Source: an uncultured archaeon (lineage in GTDB: Archaea > Iainarchaeota > Iainarchaeia > Iainarchaeales > GCA-2688035). From it: DNA of 64,000 nucleotides. Under the pieces are notes generated by a model that searched no databases, was not told the DNA's origin, and worked only from the letters and a program-made list of their open reading frames with translations. The DNA lies in assembly GCA_964354805.1 (NCBI GenBank), contig CAYHBD010000009.1, positions 116,770-180,769 on the forward strand, read 5' to 3'. The translations under genes were made by a program, and so were the position numbers. This document shows, piece by piece, positions 1 through 9,685 of this stretch; within the stretch, counting starts at the first letter, position 1, and every line of letters starts with the position of its first letter.

Positions 1-536
1 ATCCTGCCACTTTGTGCAGCACATGTCAGCGTAGTGCAATCGCTGTCATTTAAGTGGCTGCAGTTACTTGGGCAACATCCATCACCTGAGTTGCAGTTGA
101 TTATCTGACTATGCGAGCACTTTTTTGGGGCACCGCTGCAAACATCACTTGTGCAACTGGCCCCATCATCGCAGTCTGAATTTTTCTGGCACTCATCCAG
201 CGTTACTGGCTTTTTGTAAACGCATAAAACTTCTGTTCCTTTTTCATCAAGCCATGCTTCAAGCTGGTTTTCATTCTTTTTAATCAAAAAATACAAATGG
301 GGTTTCTCTTCGAACTGTCGACCGCATTTCTCCATAATTGTGTTTATTTGTGATTTTACCTGGCTTTTTTCCCAAAGACTGCTTGTAATTGCTGCGTCAG
401 GATTTTCTGCAAGAAATTCCTTCACTCTTGAATCAGCTTTAACTACATTAATTGGATCCTGCGGGCCAACGCACCCGCCCAAAGCAACTGCTACAAAAAA
501 CAAAACAAAAAGCAATATCACGCCTATTCTTTCCAT
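1..536 (-). CDS. Secreted/lipoprotein-like Cys-rich protein (runs off left edge)
   Basis: Read manually from ATG at 536: MERIGVILLFVLFFVAVAFGGCVGPQDP (lipobox-like GGC), then CDDGASCTSDVC and GDGCCPSNC Cys-rich motifs; open to the window edge. Confidence 0.75.
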   Translation of the reverse strand, partial: MERIGVILLFVLFFVAVALGGCVGPQDPINVVKADSRVKEFLAENPDAAITSSLWEKSQVKSQINTIMEKCGRQFEEKPHLYFLIKKNENQLEAWLDEKGTEVLCVYKKPVTLDECQKNSDCDDGASCTSDVCSGAPKKCSHSQIINCNSGDGCCPSNCSHLNDSDCTTLTCAAQSGR

Positions 537-681
537 CAATAAAAAATAGTAAACTTTGAAATATTTAAACAGGCAGGATGCCTGAATTTTGGGATAAAAT
601 TACTTAAACGCAAAAAACCTTCAAAAATCAACTAATGGAATTTGCCTGCGGGAAGAAAAGCGAATAAACCAAGCGATTTTG

Positions 682-1095
682 TTAAAGCATTTTTTCAATT
701 TCTTTTGTTGTTAGAACCTTTATTTCGTTTTGCTGCCTGAAGTGCTTGTCATCTGACCAGATTGGCTTGTTTCCAAGCTCTATTGAAAGGGCTATGAACG
801 GAACATCGTCGGCATCAATTCCCTTCATTATCCCAAGCGCTTTGTTGATTGATTTTTTTGATATTTCATTTTCTGACAAGACAGCTATTTTTGACAGGAG
901 ATGTTTCATTAAAAAGTTGAATTGCTGCTCGTTTATTCCAGCCTTCTTTTTTATCAGCGCTTTGTATTTTCCCACTTCTTTTAGCCCAAATTCCACGGTG
1001 TATAAAGAAAATTTTTTGCTCAGAATTATTCTCCTGCTTACGCTGTCTCTTATGAGCGCGGCGATAATTCTGTTCGTGTCCACAATCAGCTCCAT
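682..1095 (-). CDS. PIN-domain toxin (VapC-like ribonuclease)
   Basis: N-terminal IVDTN, DADDVPFIALS and IWSDDKHF PIN motifs; overlaps the upstream small gene. Confidence 0.85.
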   Translation of the reverse strand: MELIVDTNRIIAALIRDSVSRRIILSKKFSLYTVEFGLKEVGKYKALIKKKAGINEQQFNFLMKHLLSKIAVLSENEISKKSINKALGIMKGIDADDVPFIALSIELGNKPIWSDDKHFRQQNEIKVLTTKEIEKML

Positions 1096-1325
1096 GAGCC
1101 AAACCTTTTCTCAAAACGCCGCCTGATTTCTGCCTTGATACCGTGCCCTATTTCCTCGGCATCAGCCTCTGAAAGAGCGCTGTCCTTCAGGATTTTGTCC
1201 ATAAACTCCAGCTCCCTGACCCTTTCCTCAAATGTTTCCCTCGCAATGCTGCTCCACCTGATTTCATTATGCTTTGACATTCTTTTATGCAATTCATCCG
1301 GAATAGCCAGAGTCATATTAGCCAC
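1086..1325 (-). CDS. Ribbon-helix-helix antitoxin (VapB-like)
   Basis: MANMTLAIPDELHKRM..EIRWSSIARE RHH pattern; directly upstream of and overlapping the PIN gene. Confidence 0.8.
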   Translation of the reverse strand: MANMTLAIPDELHKRMSKHNEIRWSSIARETFEERVRELEFMDKILKDSALSEADAEEIGHGIKAEIRRRFEKRFGSWS

Positions 1326-1557
1326 AAAAAATCACCAAATAGATTATGTGAAAACACATATTTAAACATATGCCCGGCGGCCGGGGCAAAAAGAAATAAA
1401 AAAAGAATTAATGAGGCGGGAAAAATTTATTTAAATTCTTTTTCTTTCCCTTAAAAAGGGGGTTGAATATCTTTCTTTGATTTATAAATTAATTGACAAA
1501 AGAAATATAACTATTTAACACCCTTTTAAATTATAACCAATTTTAACGGTTTTGCAT

Positions 1558-3942
1558 ATGGACCTTGATTTCCACAAAATAGAGCAAAAATGGCAGGCGC
1601 ACTGGGAAAAGAATAAGATATACAAATTCAACCCAAAAAGCAAGCAGCCTGTTTACAGCATAGACTCACCGCCGCCGACTGTTTCTGGGACAATGCACCT
1701 GGGGCACGCATTTGCATTCACCCAGCAGGACTTCATTGCACGCTACAAAAAAATGCGCGGTTTCAACGTTTTCCACCCGTTCGGCTTTGATAACAACGGC
1801 CTGGCAACAGCGCTGATGGTTGAAAAAAAGCTTGGAATAAAACAGAAGAATTTCCAGAGAGACGAATTCATCAAAATCGTTCTGAAGGAAACAGCGGAAG
1901 AAGAGCGCAAGATGCTTGCAGCATTCAAAAGCATTGGATTAAGCGTTGACTGGAGCCTTTTATACAGGACAATTGATGAGCTTGCAAGGAAAACAGCGCA
2001 ATACAGCTTCCTTGATTTGTTCAAGCAGGGCAGGCTTTACCAGAAAGACGCTCCAACAATGTGGTGCCCGAGCTGCGAGACAGCGGTAGCACAGGCAGAG
2101 CTTGAGGACAGGGAAATTGAAAGCACCTTCAACGACATTGTTTTCAAAACAGAGCAGGGAAAAGAGGTAATAATTGCAACAACAAGGCCGGAATTGCTGC
2201 CTGCGTGTGTTGCTGTTTTCGTTCACCCAAGCGATGAAAGATTCAATCACTTGGTTGGAAAAAAATTAAAGGTGCCGTTGTTTGATTTGCTTGTTCCAGT
2301 GCTTGAGGACCAGAGAGCAGACCCTGAAAAAGGGACAGGAATTGTAATGTGCTGCACTTTCGGAGACCAGACAGACATGGAATGGTATCAGGCGCACAAC
2401 CTGCCAATGAGGGTTGCAATAACAAAAGACGGCAGAATGAACGAACTCGCGGGAAAATTCAAAGGCATGACTCTTGTTGAAGCAAGGAAAGCGGTTATTG
2501 AGGATTTGCGCAAAGAAGGTCTGCTTAAAGCACAAAAGCCGATAAAGCACGCTGTGAATGTTCATGAGAGATGCAAAACAGAAATGGAGATTCTGCCAAG
2601 CAAACAGTGGTTTATACACTACCTTGACTTGAAAGACGAGTACATAGTGAAAGCCGATGCATTGCAATGGGTTCCAAAATTCATGAAATCAAGGTATGAC
2701 AACTGGATCAAGGGATTGCAGTGGGACTGGTGCATTTCAAGGCAGCGCTATTATGGTGTGCCGTTCCCGGTATGGTACTGCAAGAAATGCGGAGAGGTAA
2801 TGCTGGCTGAAGAAAAGCAATTGCCTGTTGATCCCCTAAAAGACAATCCCTTAAAGAAATGCAAGTGCGGAAGCGGCGAATTTGTTGGGGAGAAAGACAC
2901 TCTTGACACATGGTTCATTTCATCGCTCACTCCGCAGATCAACTGCAAATGGGCCGAGGATTCCGCTTTCTTCAAAAAAATGTTCCCAATGGATTTGAGG
3001 CCGCAGGGACATGACATTATTGCATTGTGGGCGTTCAACACAATTGTCAAAGCATTGTTCCACCAGCAGCAGCTGCCCTGGAAAACAATTACAATAAACG
3101 GCTGGGCGCTTGATTCCAAAGGAAAAAAGATGTCAAAGAGCCTGGGCAATGTAATAAAGCCAGAGGAAATGATCCAGAAATACTGCGCTGACGCACTGCG
3201 CTACTGGGCAGGCCTGCCTGTATTGGGAGAGGACGTTCCATTCATGGAAAAGGAAATGGTTGCGGGAAAAAAGTTTTTGGTGAAACTGCACAATGCCGCA
3301 ATGTTTGTTGCAAACTCAACAAAAGGCGTGAAAATCGGGAAAATCAATAAAAAGGAATTAATGCCTGAGGACAAAGCGATTTTGAGCAAGCTGAACAGGC
3401 TGATAAAAGAATGCACTGATGCCTGTGAAAGGTTTGAGTTCAGCAAGGCACTGAATCCAGCAAGGAATTTCTTCTGGCTGCAGTTCGCTGACTTTTACAT
3501 TGAGGAAGTTAAAACAAGGGTTTACAACAAAAAAGACAAAAGCGGGAAAATAGCTGCAGCCATATTGCAGGAAGCAATTTGGGATTGCCTGCTTTTGCTT
3601 GCGCCATTTTTGCCGCACACAACGGAGGAAATAGCGCAGACAATGTTCAAGCACAAGCTGAAAGAGGAAAGCATTCATTTGCTACAATGGCCCTCGGCAG
3701 ATGAAAAAATGATTGATGAAAAAGCAGAGCAAACAGGCGAACTGATTAATGAGGTCATTGCAGCAATGAGGAAAGAGAAAAGCAAAGCGCAAAAGCCGAT
3801 GAATGCGGAAGTGCAAAAAGCAATTGTTTCATTGGCTGAACCGGAAAAGCTAAAGGAAGGGCTTGACACTATTAAAAGGACAATGAACCTAAAGGAAATT
3901 GAATTAAAGAAAGGCGAGTTGGCAGTTGAATTGGAATTCTGA
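1558..3942 (+). CDS. valS: Valine--tRNA ligase
   Basis: DSPPPTVSGTMHLGH (HIGH-like), KMSKS, ATTRPELL, DWCISRQR; archaeal-type ValRS length. Confidence 0.95.
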   Translation: MDLDFHKIEQKWQAHWEKNKIYKFNPKSKQPVYSIDSPPPTVSGTMHLGHAFAFTQQDFIARYKKMRGFNVFHPFGFDNNGLATALMVEKKLGIKQKNFQRDEFIKIVLKETAEEERKMLAAFKSIGLSVDWSLLYRTIDELARKTAQYSFLDLFKQGRLYQKDAPTMWCPSCETAVAQAELEDREIESTFNDIVFKTEQGKEVIIATTRPELLPACVAVFVHPSDERFNHLVGKKLKVPLFDLLVPVLEDQRADPEKGTGIVMCCTFGDQTDMEWYQAHNLPMRVAITKDGRMNELAGKFKGMTLVEARKAVIEDLRKEGLLKAQKPIKHAVNVHERCKTEMEILPSKQWFIHYLDLKDEYIVKADALQWVPKFMKSRYDNWIKGLQWDWCISRQRYYGVPFPVWYCKKCGEVMLAEEKQLPVDPLKDNPLKKCKCGSGEFVGEKDTLDTWFISSLTPQINCKWAEDSAFFKKMFPMDLRPQGHDIIALWAFNTIVKALFHQQQLPWKTITINGWALDSKGKKMSKSLGNVIKPEEMIQKYCADALRYWAGLPVLGEDVPFMEKEMVAGKKFLVKLHNAAMFVANSTKGVKIGKINKKELMPEDKAILSKLNRLIKECTDACERFEFSKALNPARNFFWLQFADFYIEEVKTRVYNKKDKSGKIAAAILQEAIWDCLLLLAPFLPHTTEEIAQTMFKHKLKEESIHLLQWPSADEKMIDEKAEQTGELINEVIAAMRKEKSKAQKPMNAEVQKAIVSLAEPEKLKEGLDTIKRTMNLKEIELKKGELAVELEF

Positions 3943-3944
3943 AA

Positions 3945-3992
3945 AAAATTGAAGAAAGAAAAGGCGAGCTTGCGGTTGAAATGCAATTCTGA
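3945..3992 (+). repeat. Degenerate copy of the valS 3' end
   Basis: Encodes KIEERKGELAVEMQF* immediately after the real EIELKKGELAVELEF*. Confidence 0.85.
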
Positions 3993-4085
3993 GGGATAGT
4001 GGCAAAAAAATCAAAAATACCACTTATTTAAAGGTTTCTACTTTTATCGAAACATTTATATATAAATTGTGCAGCATATTGTATT

Positions 4086-4676
4086 ATGCGGAAGGCAGAG
4101 TTTGTTTTCAGGGAATTGCTTTTTCAGGTGCTTGAAAAAAGGGCGTATTCCTTTACCCAAAAGGATTTAAGCAGCAGGCTGAATATCAGCCTGAGCAATG
4201 TAAACCATGCCTTGCTCAGGCTGAGGGCAATGAACGCAGTCAAAGTAAAGCCAATGGGCTGCTCTGTTGTGAATGCAAAGAAGATCCTGTTCCACTGGGC
4301 TTGCAGCAGGAACCTGCAAAAGGACATTGTGTACAGCACAAGGGCTGAAATGCCTGTCAGGGAGATTGAGAAAAACATGCCTGCTGATGCAATTTTCACT
4401 GCTTACAGCGGATTCAAATTCAAATTCAATGATGCGCCTGCTGACTACAGCGAGGTGTATGTTTACGCTGCTGACTTGGATGAAATGCGCAAAAGGTTTC
4501 CGCATTCGGCGAAGCAGCCAAACCTTTTCGTATTGCAGTGCGATGCAATAATGCAAAGGCATGGAAACATTGCCCCAACAGGACAGTTATTCGCTGACTT
4601 GTGGAATTTGCCTGAATGGTATGCGCGAGACTTCCTTAAAGCGCTGGAGGCGAAAATCGATGCCCTACTGGAATGA
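4086..4676 (+). CDS. Winged-HTH protein, probable type IV TA (AbiEi-like) antitoxin
   Basis: N-terminal HTH (FTQKDLSSRLNISLSNVNHAL), C-terminal QLFADLWNL; overlaps a nucleotidyltransferase gene. Confidence 0.65.
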   Translation: MRKAEFVFRELLFQVLEKRAYSFTQKDLSSRLNISLSNVNHALLRLRAMNAVKVKPMGCSVVNAKKILFHWACSRNLQKDIVYSTRAEMPVREIEKNMPADAIFTAYSGFKFKFNDAPADYSEVYVYAADLDEMRKRFPHSAKQPNLFVLQCDAIMQRHGNIAPTGQLFADLWNLPEWYARDFLKALEAKIDALLE

Positions 4677-5280
4677 ACTGGTAACTGAAAAAAGCTGGCG
4701 AAAACTGGCGGAACTGCGCCAGCAAAAAATACGGTTTGTTTTAATCGGAGGCTGGGCGGCATGGCTTTACACAAAATCGCTAAAAAGCAAAGACATTGAC
4801 ATAATTGTGGGCTTTTCTGAATTAAGCAAGCTGCGCCAATTGTTTGATTTGACCAAAAATGATAGGCTGAAAAAATACCAGTTCGTTTTGGACGAAATTG
4901 ACGTTGACGTTTATGTTGAACACTTTTCACTACTGGCAATTCCAGTGGAAGAGGCCATGAAAGAAATAACACAAATAGAGGGCTTTACAGTAGTAAAGCC
5001 AGAAATGCTGTTGATTCTGAAGCAGGGCGCGGAAGAAGCAAGGCAAAAAAGCGAAAAGGGCCTGAAGGACAGAATCGACATAATTGAACTGCTGCTGAAA
5101 GCAGGCATAAACTTTTCAGAATACAACAAAACACTGCAAAGGCACGGCATTGAACACTTCAGGCAGAGGCTGATTGAAATACTGCAAAACTTCAGTGAAA
5201 CAAAATACCTGAACCTCAACCCAAGGGAATTCAAAAAAAAGAAGCAACAACTGCTGCGTGAAATAAAAGAAACCAAATAA
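4660..5280 (+). CDS. Nucleotidyltransferase, AbiEii-like toxin
   Basis: FVLIGGWAAWLY..SKDIDII motif; likely start ATG 4660 (MPYWNE) overlapping the upstream gene. Confidence 0.7.
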   Translation: MPYWNELVTEKSWRKLAELRQQKIRFVLIGGWAAWLYTKSLKSKDIDIIVGFSELSKLRQLFDLTKNDRLKKYQFVLDEIDVDVYVEHFSLLAIPVEEAMKEITQIEGFTVVKPEMLLILKQGAEEARQKSEKGLKDRIDIIELLLKAGINFSEYNKTLQRHGIEHFRQRLIEILQNFSETKYLNLNPREFKKKKQQLLREIKETK

Positions 5281-5405
5281 TTGCAGGACAGCTGGGTCAA
5301 ATTTTTTAACGGCAGTAAAGCCCAAACAGAAAAAAACAAATTCAGGCTCAAATTTAAAACAATTAAATTTTTATTAAAGAAAGCGCTTTATTTAACTGGA
5401 TAAAA

Positions 5406-7136
5406 ATGAGACGCAATCCCGCATTTTTTGTAATTGCTTTTCTTGCAGCATTTTTGCTAGTGAGCAATGGCTGCTATGCCCAAGCCTTTGAGCATTCGCT
5501 CCATTTTTTTCAAATCAGGTATGGTGACAGTATGGGGGAGCCTCTTCCAGCCGGCAAAGTTGAGTTCACAATCGGGCCTAATGCATATGACGGCTTGCTG
5601 CAGTATGCGTATGTATCGTTTATGACAATTACCCCCCAGGAAAATGTTAGTAGGGGAGATGCTCCGGGTTATGTTGTTTCACTTGACCCGAGTGAAATAG
5701 ACACTGTATACAGCCAAAAAGGATACTGGCGGGGCAACGTATATCGGGTAGATAAAAATGAGCTGCAAATAGCGGATATTCAAAAAATACACAAAGAATT
5801 AAATCCAAGCGATCCGGCATTATATTTTGGCGCTGAGTTGGATGCCAGCGAGAAACCAGCCAAGCCCGCTGGCTTAACAGATGCGGATTATCAGAATGGC
5901 AAAACAATTGTTGTTCCAGCAAGATATAATAATGATGTACCGTTCCAGAGAAGGTTTTTTTTTAATTTAAATGCCGAGGCAGTGAGAGAATACATGATCC
6001 TGTACGCGTTAAAGCAAGCTGGGTCAAAAAACATTTTTGTTGATGGTGCTTTTGTTAGTAACTGCCAGATTTGTGTTAATTGCGGTTTTTATTCAGGTGG
6101 GGAATGTCCTAAAGGAGAATTAGGAGAATCAAAAGAATTGCATTATATTTCCAACGAGAGCGCTTCTAGTCAAATAATTACTTACACCTCGCAAATAAAT
6201 GGCATCCTCAACAAAATAAAGGGCAGCCGACAGATTATACTTAATGGCTTTAGTTTAAGCCAATCCCACCCATCTACCGCAGAAGTGCTTCGTTGGCTGT
6301 TGGATCATGGTTCCACTAATTTTGATGGAATAATGCTGGAAAACGGATTTTGGGGAGATGATCAGTTTTATGCCACTGATTTTTCTGCCAACGGGGGGCA
6401 TGGCAATAACTGCATTGAGCCCTGGAAGTATCAAGGATTGGGCTACAGGGATCATATATGCACTGATATCGAATATTATAGGAAGTATATATTGGAGTTA
6501 AAGAACACGAACAAGAAATTTTTGTTTGTAGCTGGAAGTGATGTTGAAGGCCACCCAGATTATTTAAAATTTGCTATAGGCAACCCTTTGATTGAAGATA
6601 TATGGCTGTGGTTTCACCTTATTGCAAGCCAAAACACCTATTTCTATATCACGCAGACTACCCAAGAGCCAATGCTAAATTACCCAGTCTACGATTCTCC
6701 TTTGGGGGTGCCCTTAGAAGAAGAGGGGCCCAGCAAAGATGGCAATACCTGGTCCAGAGAATACGAAAGAGGCACAGTTGTTTTTGACACAACAAAAGGC
6801 TGCATAAGTGAAATCAAATTCATTGAAAAAGAAATATGCGACGGCAAAGACAACGACGGCGATACCCTTATCGATGAAGACAATGTCTGCTGCAACAACG
6901 GGCAATGCGATGCTGGCGAAACAGTTACAACATGCCCGCAAGACTGCAAGTGTGGCAATACCCTATGCGATGCAGGCGAAACATTTGAAACCTGCCCAGA
7001 GGATTGCCAAGAATGCGTTGATAACGAAAAACTAGTAGGCGACTACATCCCCAAATGGAAAAGGGGAGAAATAACCATGCTTGTGCTGATGCAGAAAATC
7101 GCGGCACGAAACGCAGGAACAGGATGCCCGCAATAA
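5406..7136 (+). CDS. Secreted protein, putative glycoside-hydrolase-like passenger + Cys repeats + WKRGEI tail (family member 1)
   Basis: Signal peptide; FDGIMLEN and LGVPLE..WSREYERGTVVFD resemble GHL15-type proteins; CGNxxCDAGETxxxCPxDC repeats; shared C-terminal module. Confidence 0.7.
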   Translation: MRRNPAFFVIAFLAAFLLVSNGCYAQAFEHSLHFFQIRYGDSMGEPLPAGKVEFTIGPNAYDGLLQYAYVSFMTITPQENVSRGDAPGYVVSLDPSEIDTVYSQKGYWRGNVYRVDKNELQIADIQKIHKELNPSDPALYFGAELDASEKPAKPAGLTDADYQNGKTIVVPARYNNDVPFQRRFFFNLNAEAVREYMILYALKQAGSKNIFVDGAFVSNCQICVNCGFYSGGECPKGELGESKELHYISNESASSQIITYTSQINGILNKIKGSRQIILNGFSLSQSHPSTAEVLRWLLDHGSTNFDGIMLENGFWGDDQFYATDFSANGGHGNNCIEPWKYQGLGYRDHICTDIEYYRKYILELKNTNKKFLFVAGSDVEGHPDYLKFAIGNPLIEDIWLWFHLIASQNTYFYITQTTQEPMLNYPVYDSPLGVPLEEEGPSKDGNTWSREYERGTVVFDTTKGCISEIKFIEKEICDGKDNDGDTLIDEDNVCCNNGQCDAGETVTTCPQDCKCGNTLCDAGETFETCPEDCQECVDNEKLVGDYIPKWKRGEITMLVLMQKIAARNAGTGCPQ

Positions 7137-7295
7137 AAAAAGTGGCGAAAGAAGAGTTAAACAATATTATTAAAGACTTTTTAAACGCAATTAATTGAAA
7201 GGGGCAAAAGAAAAGGGGCAATTGCAATGCAACTCATCAGGCAGAAGCCTTTTTTGCTGATGCAAAAAAGCCTTGGGAAAGAAAGGTGCCAATAA

Positions 7296-7898
7296 ATGCG
7301 GCTGGTAAGGCAGGGAGCAGAGGCAAAGCTGTTCAGAACAGAATTTGAGGGAAAGCCCGCGCTCTTGAAGCAGCGTTTGCCAAAAGATTACAGGTGCAAT
7401 GAGTTGGATGAAAGGCTGAGGAAGGAAAGAACAACAGTGGAGGGAAATCTGCTGAGGGCCGCAAGGCAGCTTGGCATCAACACACCGCTCGTTTTCTCAG
7501 TTGAAAAGGGGAAGAGCGAAATATTAATGCAATTCATTTCCGGGCCCAGGGTAAAAGACGTTTTAAGCAAAAAGAACCTGAAAATCTGTAGTGACATTGG
7601 CAAAGCAATTGCACTAATGCACGAAAGCAATCTGATTCACGGCGACCTGACCACTTCAAATATTCTGCTTGACGGAAAAAAGTTGTTCTTTATTGATTTT
7701 GGATTGGGCTACCGCAGCAGCAAGCTGGAGGACAAGGCAGTTGATTTGCTTGTTTTCAAAAAAACATTTGAGGCAACCCACTGCAAGCTGATGCCAAAAG
7801 GCTGGGAGAAAATAATTGGGGGCTATCTGCAGGCAGGCGGCTCAGATGGCATTGTAAAACAGATGCAGAAAGTGGAGCAAAGAGTGAGGTACCATTAG
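7296..7898 (+). CDS. bud32: KEOPS complex kinase Bud32
   Basis: QGAEAKL, KxRxPKxYR, IHGDLTTSNI, FIDFGLG, EDKAVDL, C-terminal RVRYH. Confidence 0.92.
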   Translation: MRLVRQGAEAKLFRTEFEGKPALLKQRLPKDYRCNELDERLRKERTTVEGNLLRAARQLGINTPLVFSVEKGKSEILMQFISGPRVKDVLSKKNLKICSDIGKAIALMHESNLIHGDLTTSNILLDGKKLFFIDFGLGYRSSKLEDKAVDLLVFKKTFEATHCKLMPKGWEKIIGGYLQAGGSDGIVKQMQKVEQRVRYH

Positions 7899-8112
7899 GC
7901 AGCAAAAAGGCTTTGCCGAAGGCAGTTTTCCCAAGGCTTTTTCCAGGGGGAAAAAGGCTTTTTAAATGTTTTGAAAGCAAAGGTATTTACAATTTTTAGT
8001 TTTTTCTTTCCCGTTTCAGTAAGAGCGGGAAGGTAGCTGCTGAAAAGCGGTGATTCTTGGCAAAAAATGAAAATGGCTGGCAAGGTAAACCCAATCGTTT
8101 TTGGTGATTTTA

Positions 8113-8811
8113 TTGGCAAAAAAGAAGGAAGAGCAAAAAGAGGGCAGGGAAGCCAAGCGGGAAAAGGCTAGCGATAAGAAGGCTGCGAAAGAAAAGGAAG
8201 AAGAGAAACAGAAAGCTGCCGAAAAAAAGCCCAGGCAGCACAAGCCGAGGGTAACGGAATTGGAGCACAAGCTGGCTGAGGCACAGGAAAAGCTTAGGCA
8301 GAAAAAGGAGAAAGAGGCCAAAGAGGAGGGCAAAGCAGCTGAAAAAGCCACTGCTGAAAAGCCGCTGCATGCAAAGGAAGGTCTGCCTGAAAGACTGCAC
8401 AGGGAGCGGAAGCCGGGAGTTCCTGCATGGGTTGAATTAAAGCCAGCTGAGGCAGTTGAGGCAATGGTTAATCTGGCTAACGCAGGGCACAGCAGCAGCG
8501 AGATTGGAATGCTTTTGAGGGACCAGTACGGGGTTCCAAACATTAAGGCATTGTGCGGCAAGAGCATTGAAGAGATTCTTGCAGAGCACAAATTGCTGCC
8601 TGAGATTCCATCAGACCTGATGAATTTGATTAAGAGAAGCGTTAATTTAAACAAGCACCTTGCGAAAAACAGGAAGGATTTCACTGCAAAAAGGGGCCTG
8701 CAGCTCAGTGTCGCAAAAATCAGGAACCTTGTAACTTACTACAAGAGAAAGGGCAAGCTGCCAATGGACTGGCATTACAGCGAGGAAACAGCAGCATTGC
8801 TGGTGAAGTGA
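8113..8811 (+). CDS. rps15: 30S ribosomal protein S15 (uS15) with long Lys/Glu-rich N-terminal extension
   Basis: SEIGMLLRDQYGVP, PEIPSDLMNLIKR, KDFTAKRGLQL, YYKRKGKLPMDWHY; GGTGA SD before TTG 8113. Confidence 0.92.
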   Translation: MAKKKEEQKEGREAKREKASDKKAAKEKEEEKQKAAEKKPRQHKPRVTELEHKLAEAQEKLRQKKEKEAKEEGKAAEKATAEKPLHAKEGLPERLHRERKPGVPAWVELKPAEAVEAMVNLANAGHSSSEIGMLLRDQYGVPNIKALCGKSIEEILAEHKLLPEIPSDLMNLIKRSVNLNKHLAKNRKDFTAKRGLQLSVAKIRNLVTYYKRKGKLPMDWHYSEETAALLVK

Positions 8812-9001
8812 TATTAAAAAAGTGAATTAAATGGATTGTGGTTTTGTTTTGAAAAAGCAGGGCAAAGTGATTGCAAAACAGAAAGGGATTGCTGACTTGC
8901 AGCAAATGCTTTGTGCAATTGACGCAGTAATCACGAAAGAGCAGGGCAACTGAAAATGGATGCTGAAAAAGGAAAAAATGGTGGAACAAAGGTGACTGAG
9001 A

Positions 9002-9610
9002 ATGGCTGCTGAGAAAGAGAAGAAGGCAAGGGTTGTTGACAAGTGGAAGAAAAAGCAGTGGTTTGAACTGGTTGCGCCGAAAGAGTTTGATGAAAAGGTC
9101 ATTGGCGAAACAATTGCTGAAAAAGAGAAAAACCTTTTGAACAGGGTTGTGAGCGTTAATCTGGGCGACCTGAGCGGCCAGAGGCAGAGAAGGCACATAA
9201 GCATCTTGTTCAAGGTAGTGCAGGTTGAAGGAAAGAGGGCGAAAACAATTGCAATTGGCCACAGCATAAGCGGGGGCTTTGTGAACAGAATGATCAGGCG
9301 GAGAATGAGCAAGCTTGAGGTAACCCAGCAGATTGACATTGCTGAAGGAAAAAAACTGAAGGTCAAAACCATTGTTCTTTCTGTTAAAAAGCTGAGCAGC
9401 AAGCAGGAAACTGCCCTGCGAAACCAGCTGGCTGAAAGGATTGAAAAAATGTACAGGAAAAAGACAGAGCTGCAGACAATGCAGGAATTGTTTTTCGGAG
9501 TCACGGCATCCAAGCTTTTCAAGCCACTTTTAAAGATCGCGCCACTGAAGAAAATCGAAGTGATTGAAAGCAGGCTGATTGGACAAGGGGCAATTGAACA
9601 AAAGGCTTAA
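9002..9610 (+). CDS. rps3ae: 30S ribosomal protein S3Ae (eS1)
   Basis: VDKWKKKQWFELVAPKEF, IGET, RMIRRRMSK, KIAPLKKIEVIES; conserved position after uS15. Confidence 0.92.
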   Translation: MAAEKEKKARVVDKWKKKQWFELVAPKEFDEKVIGETIAEKEKNLLNRVVSVNLGDLSGQRQRRHISILFKVVQVEGKRAKTIAIGHSISGGFVNRMIRRRMSKLEVTQQIDIAEGKKLKVKTIVLSVKKLSSKQETALRNQLAERIEKMYRKKTELQTMQELFFGVTASKLFKPLLKIAPLKKIEVIESRLIGQGAIEQKA

Positions 9611-9685
9611 AGAAAAATTGAATGACTGAATTAAATTTAAATAAGTTAACGCAGGCTGATTGGATAGAACTGTCGAAGGGAAAGT

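Noticed and set aside
1451-1530. Imperfect long inverted repeat upstream of valS
   Set aside because: AT-rich with many mismatches; explicable by divergent promoter composition.
4561-4659. Longer start for the nucleotidyltransferase
   Set aside because: It would overlap the HTH gene by over 100 bp; ATG 4660 gives typical coupling.
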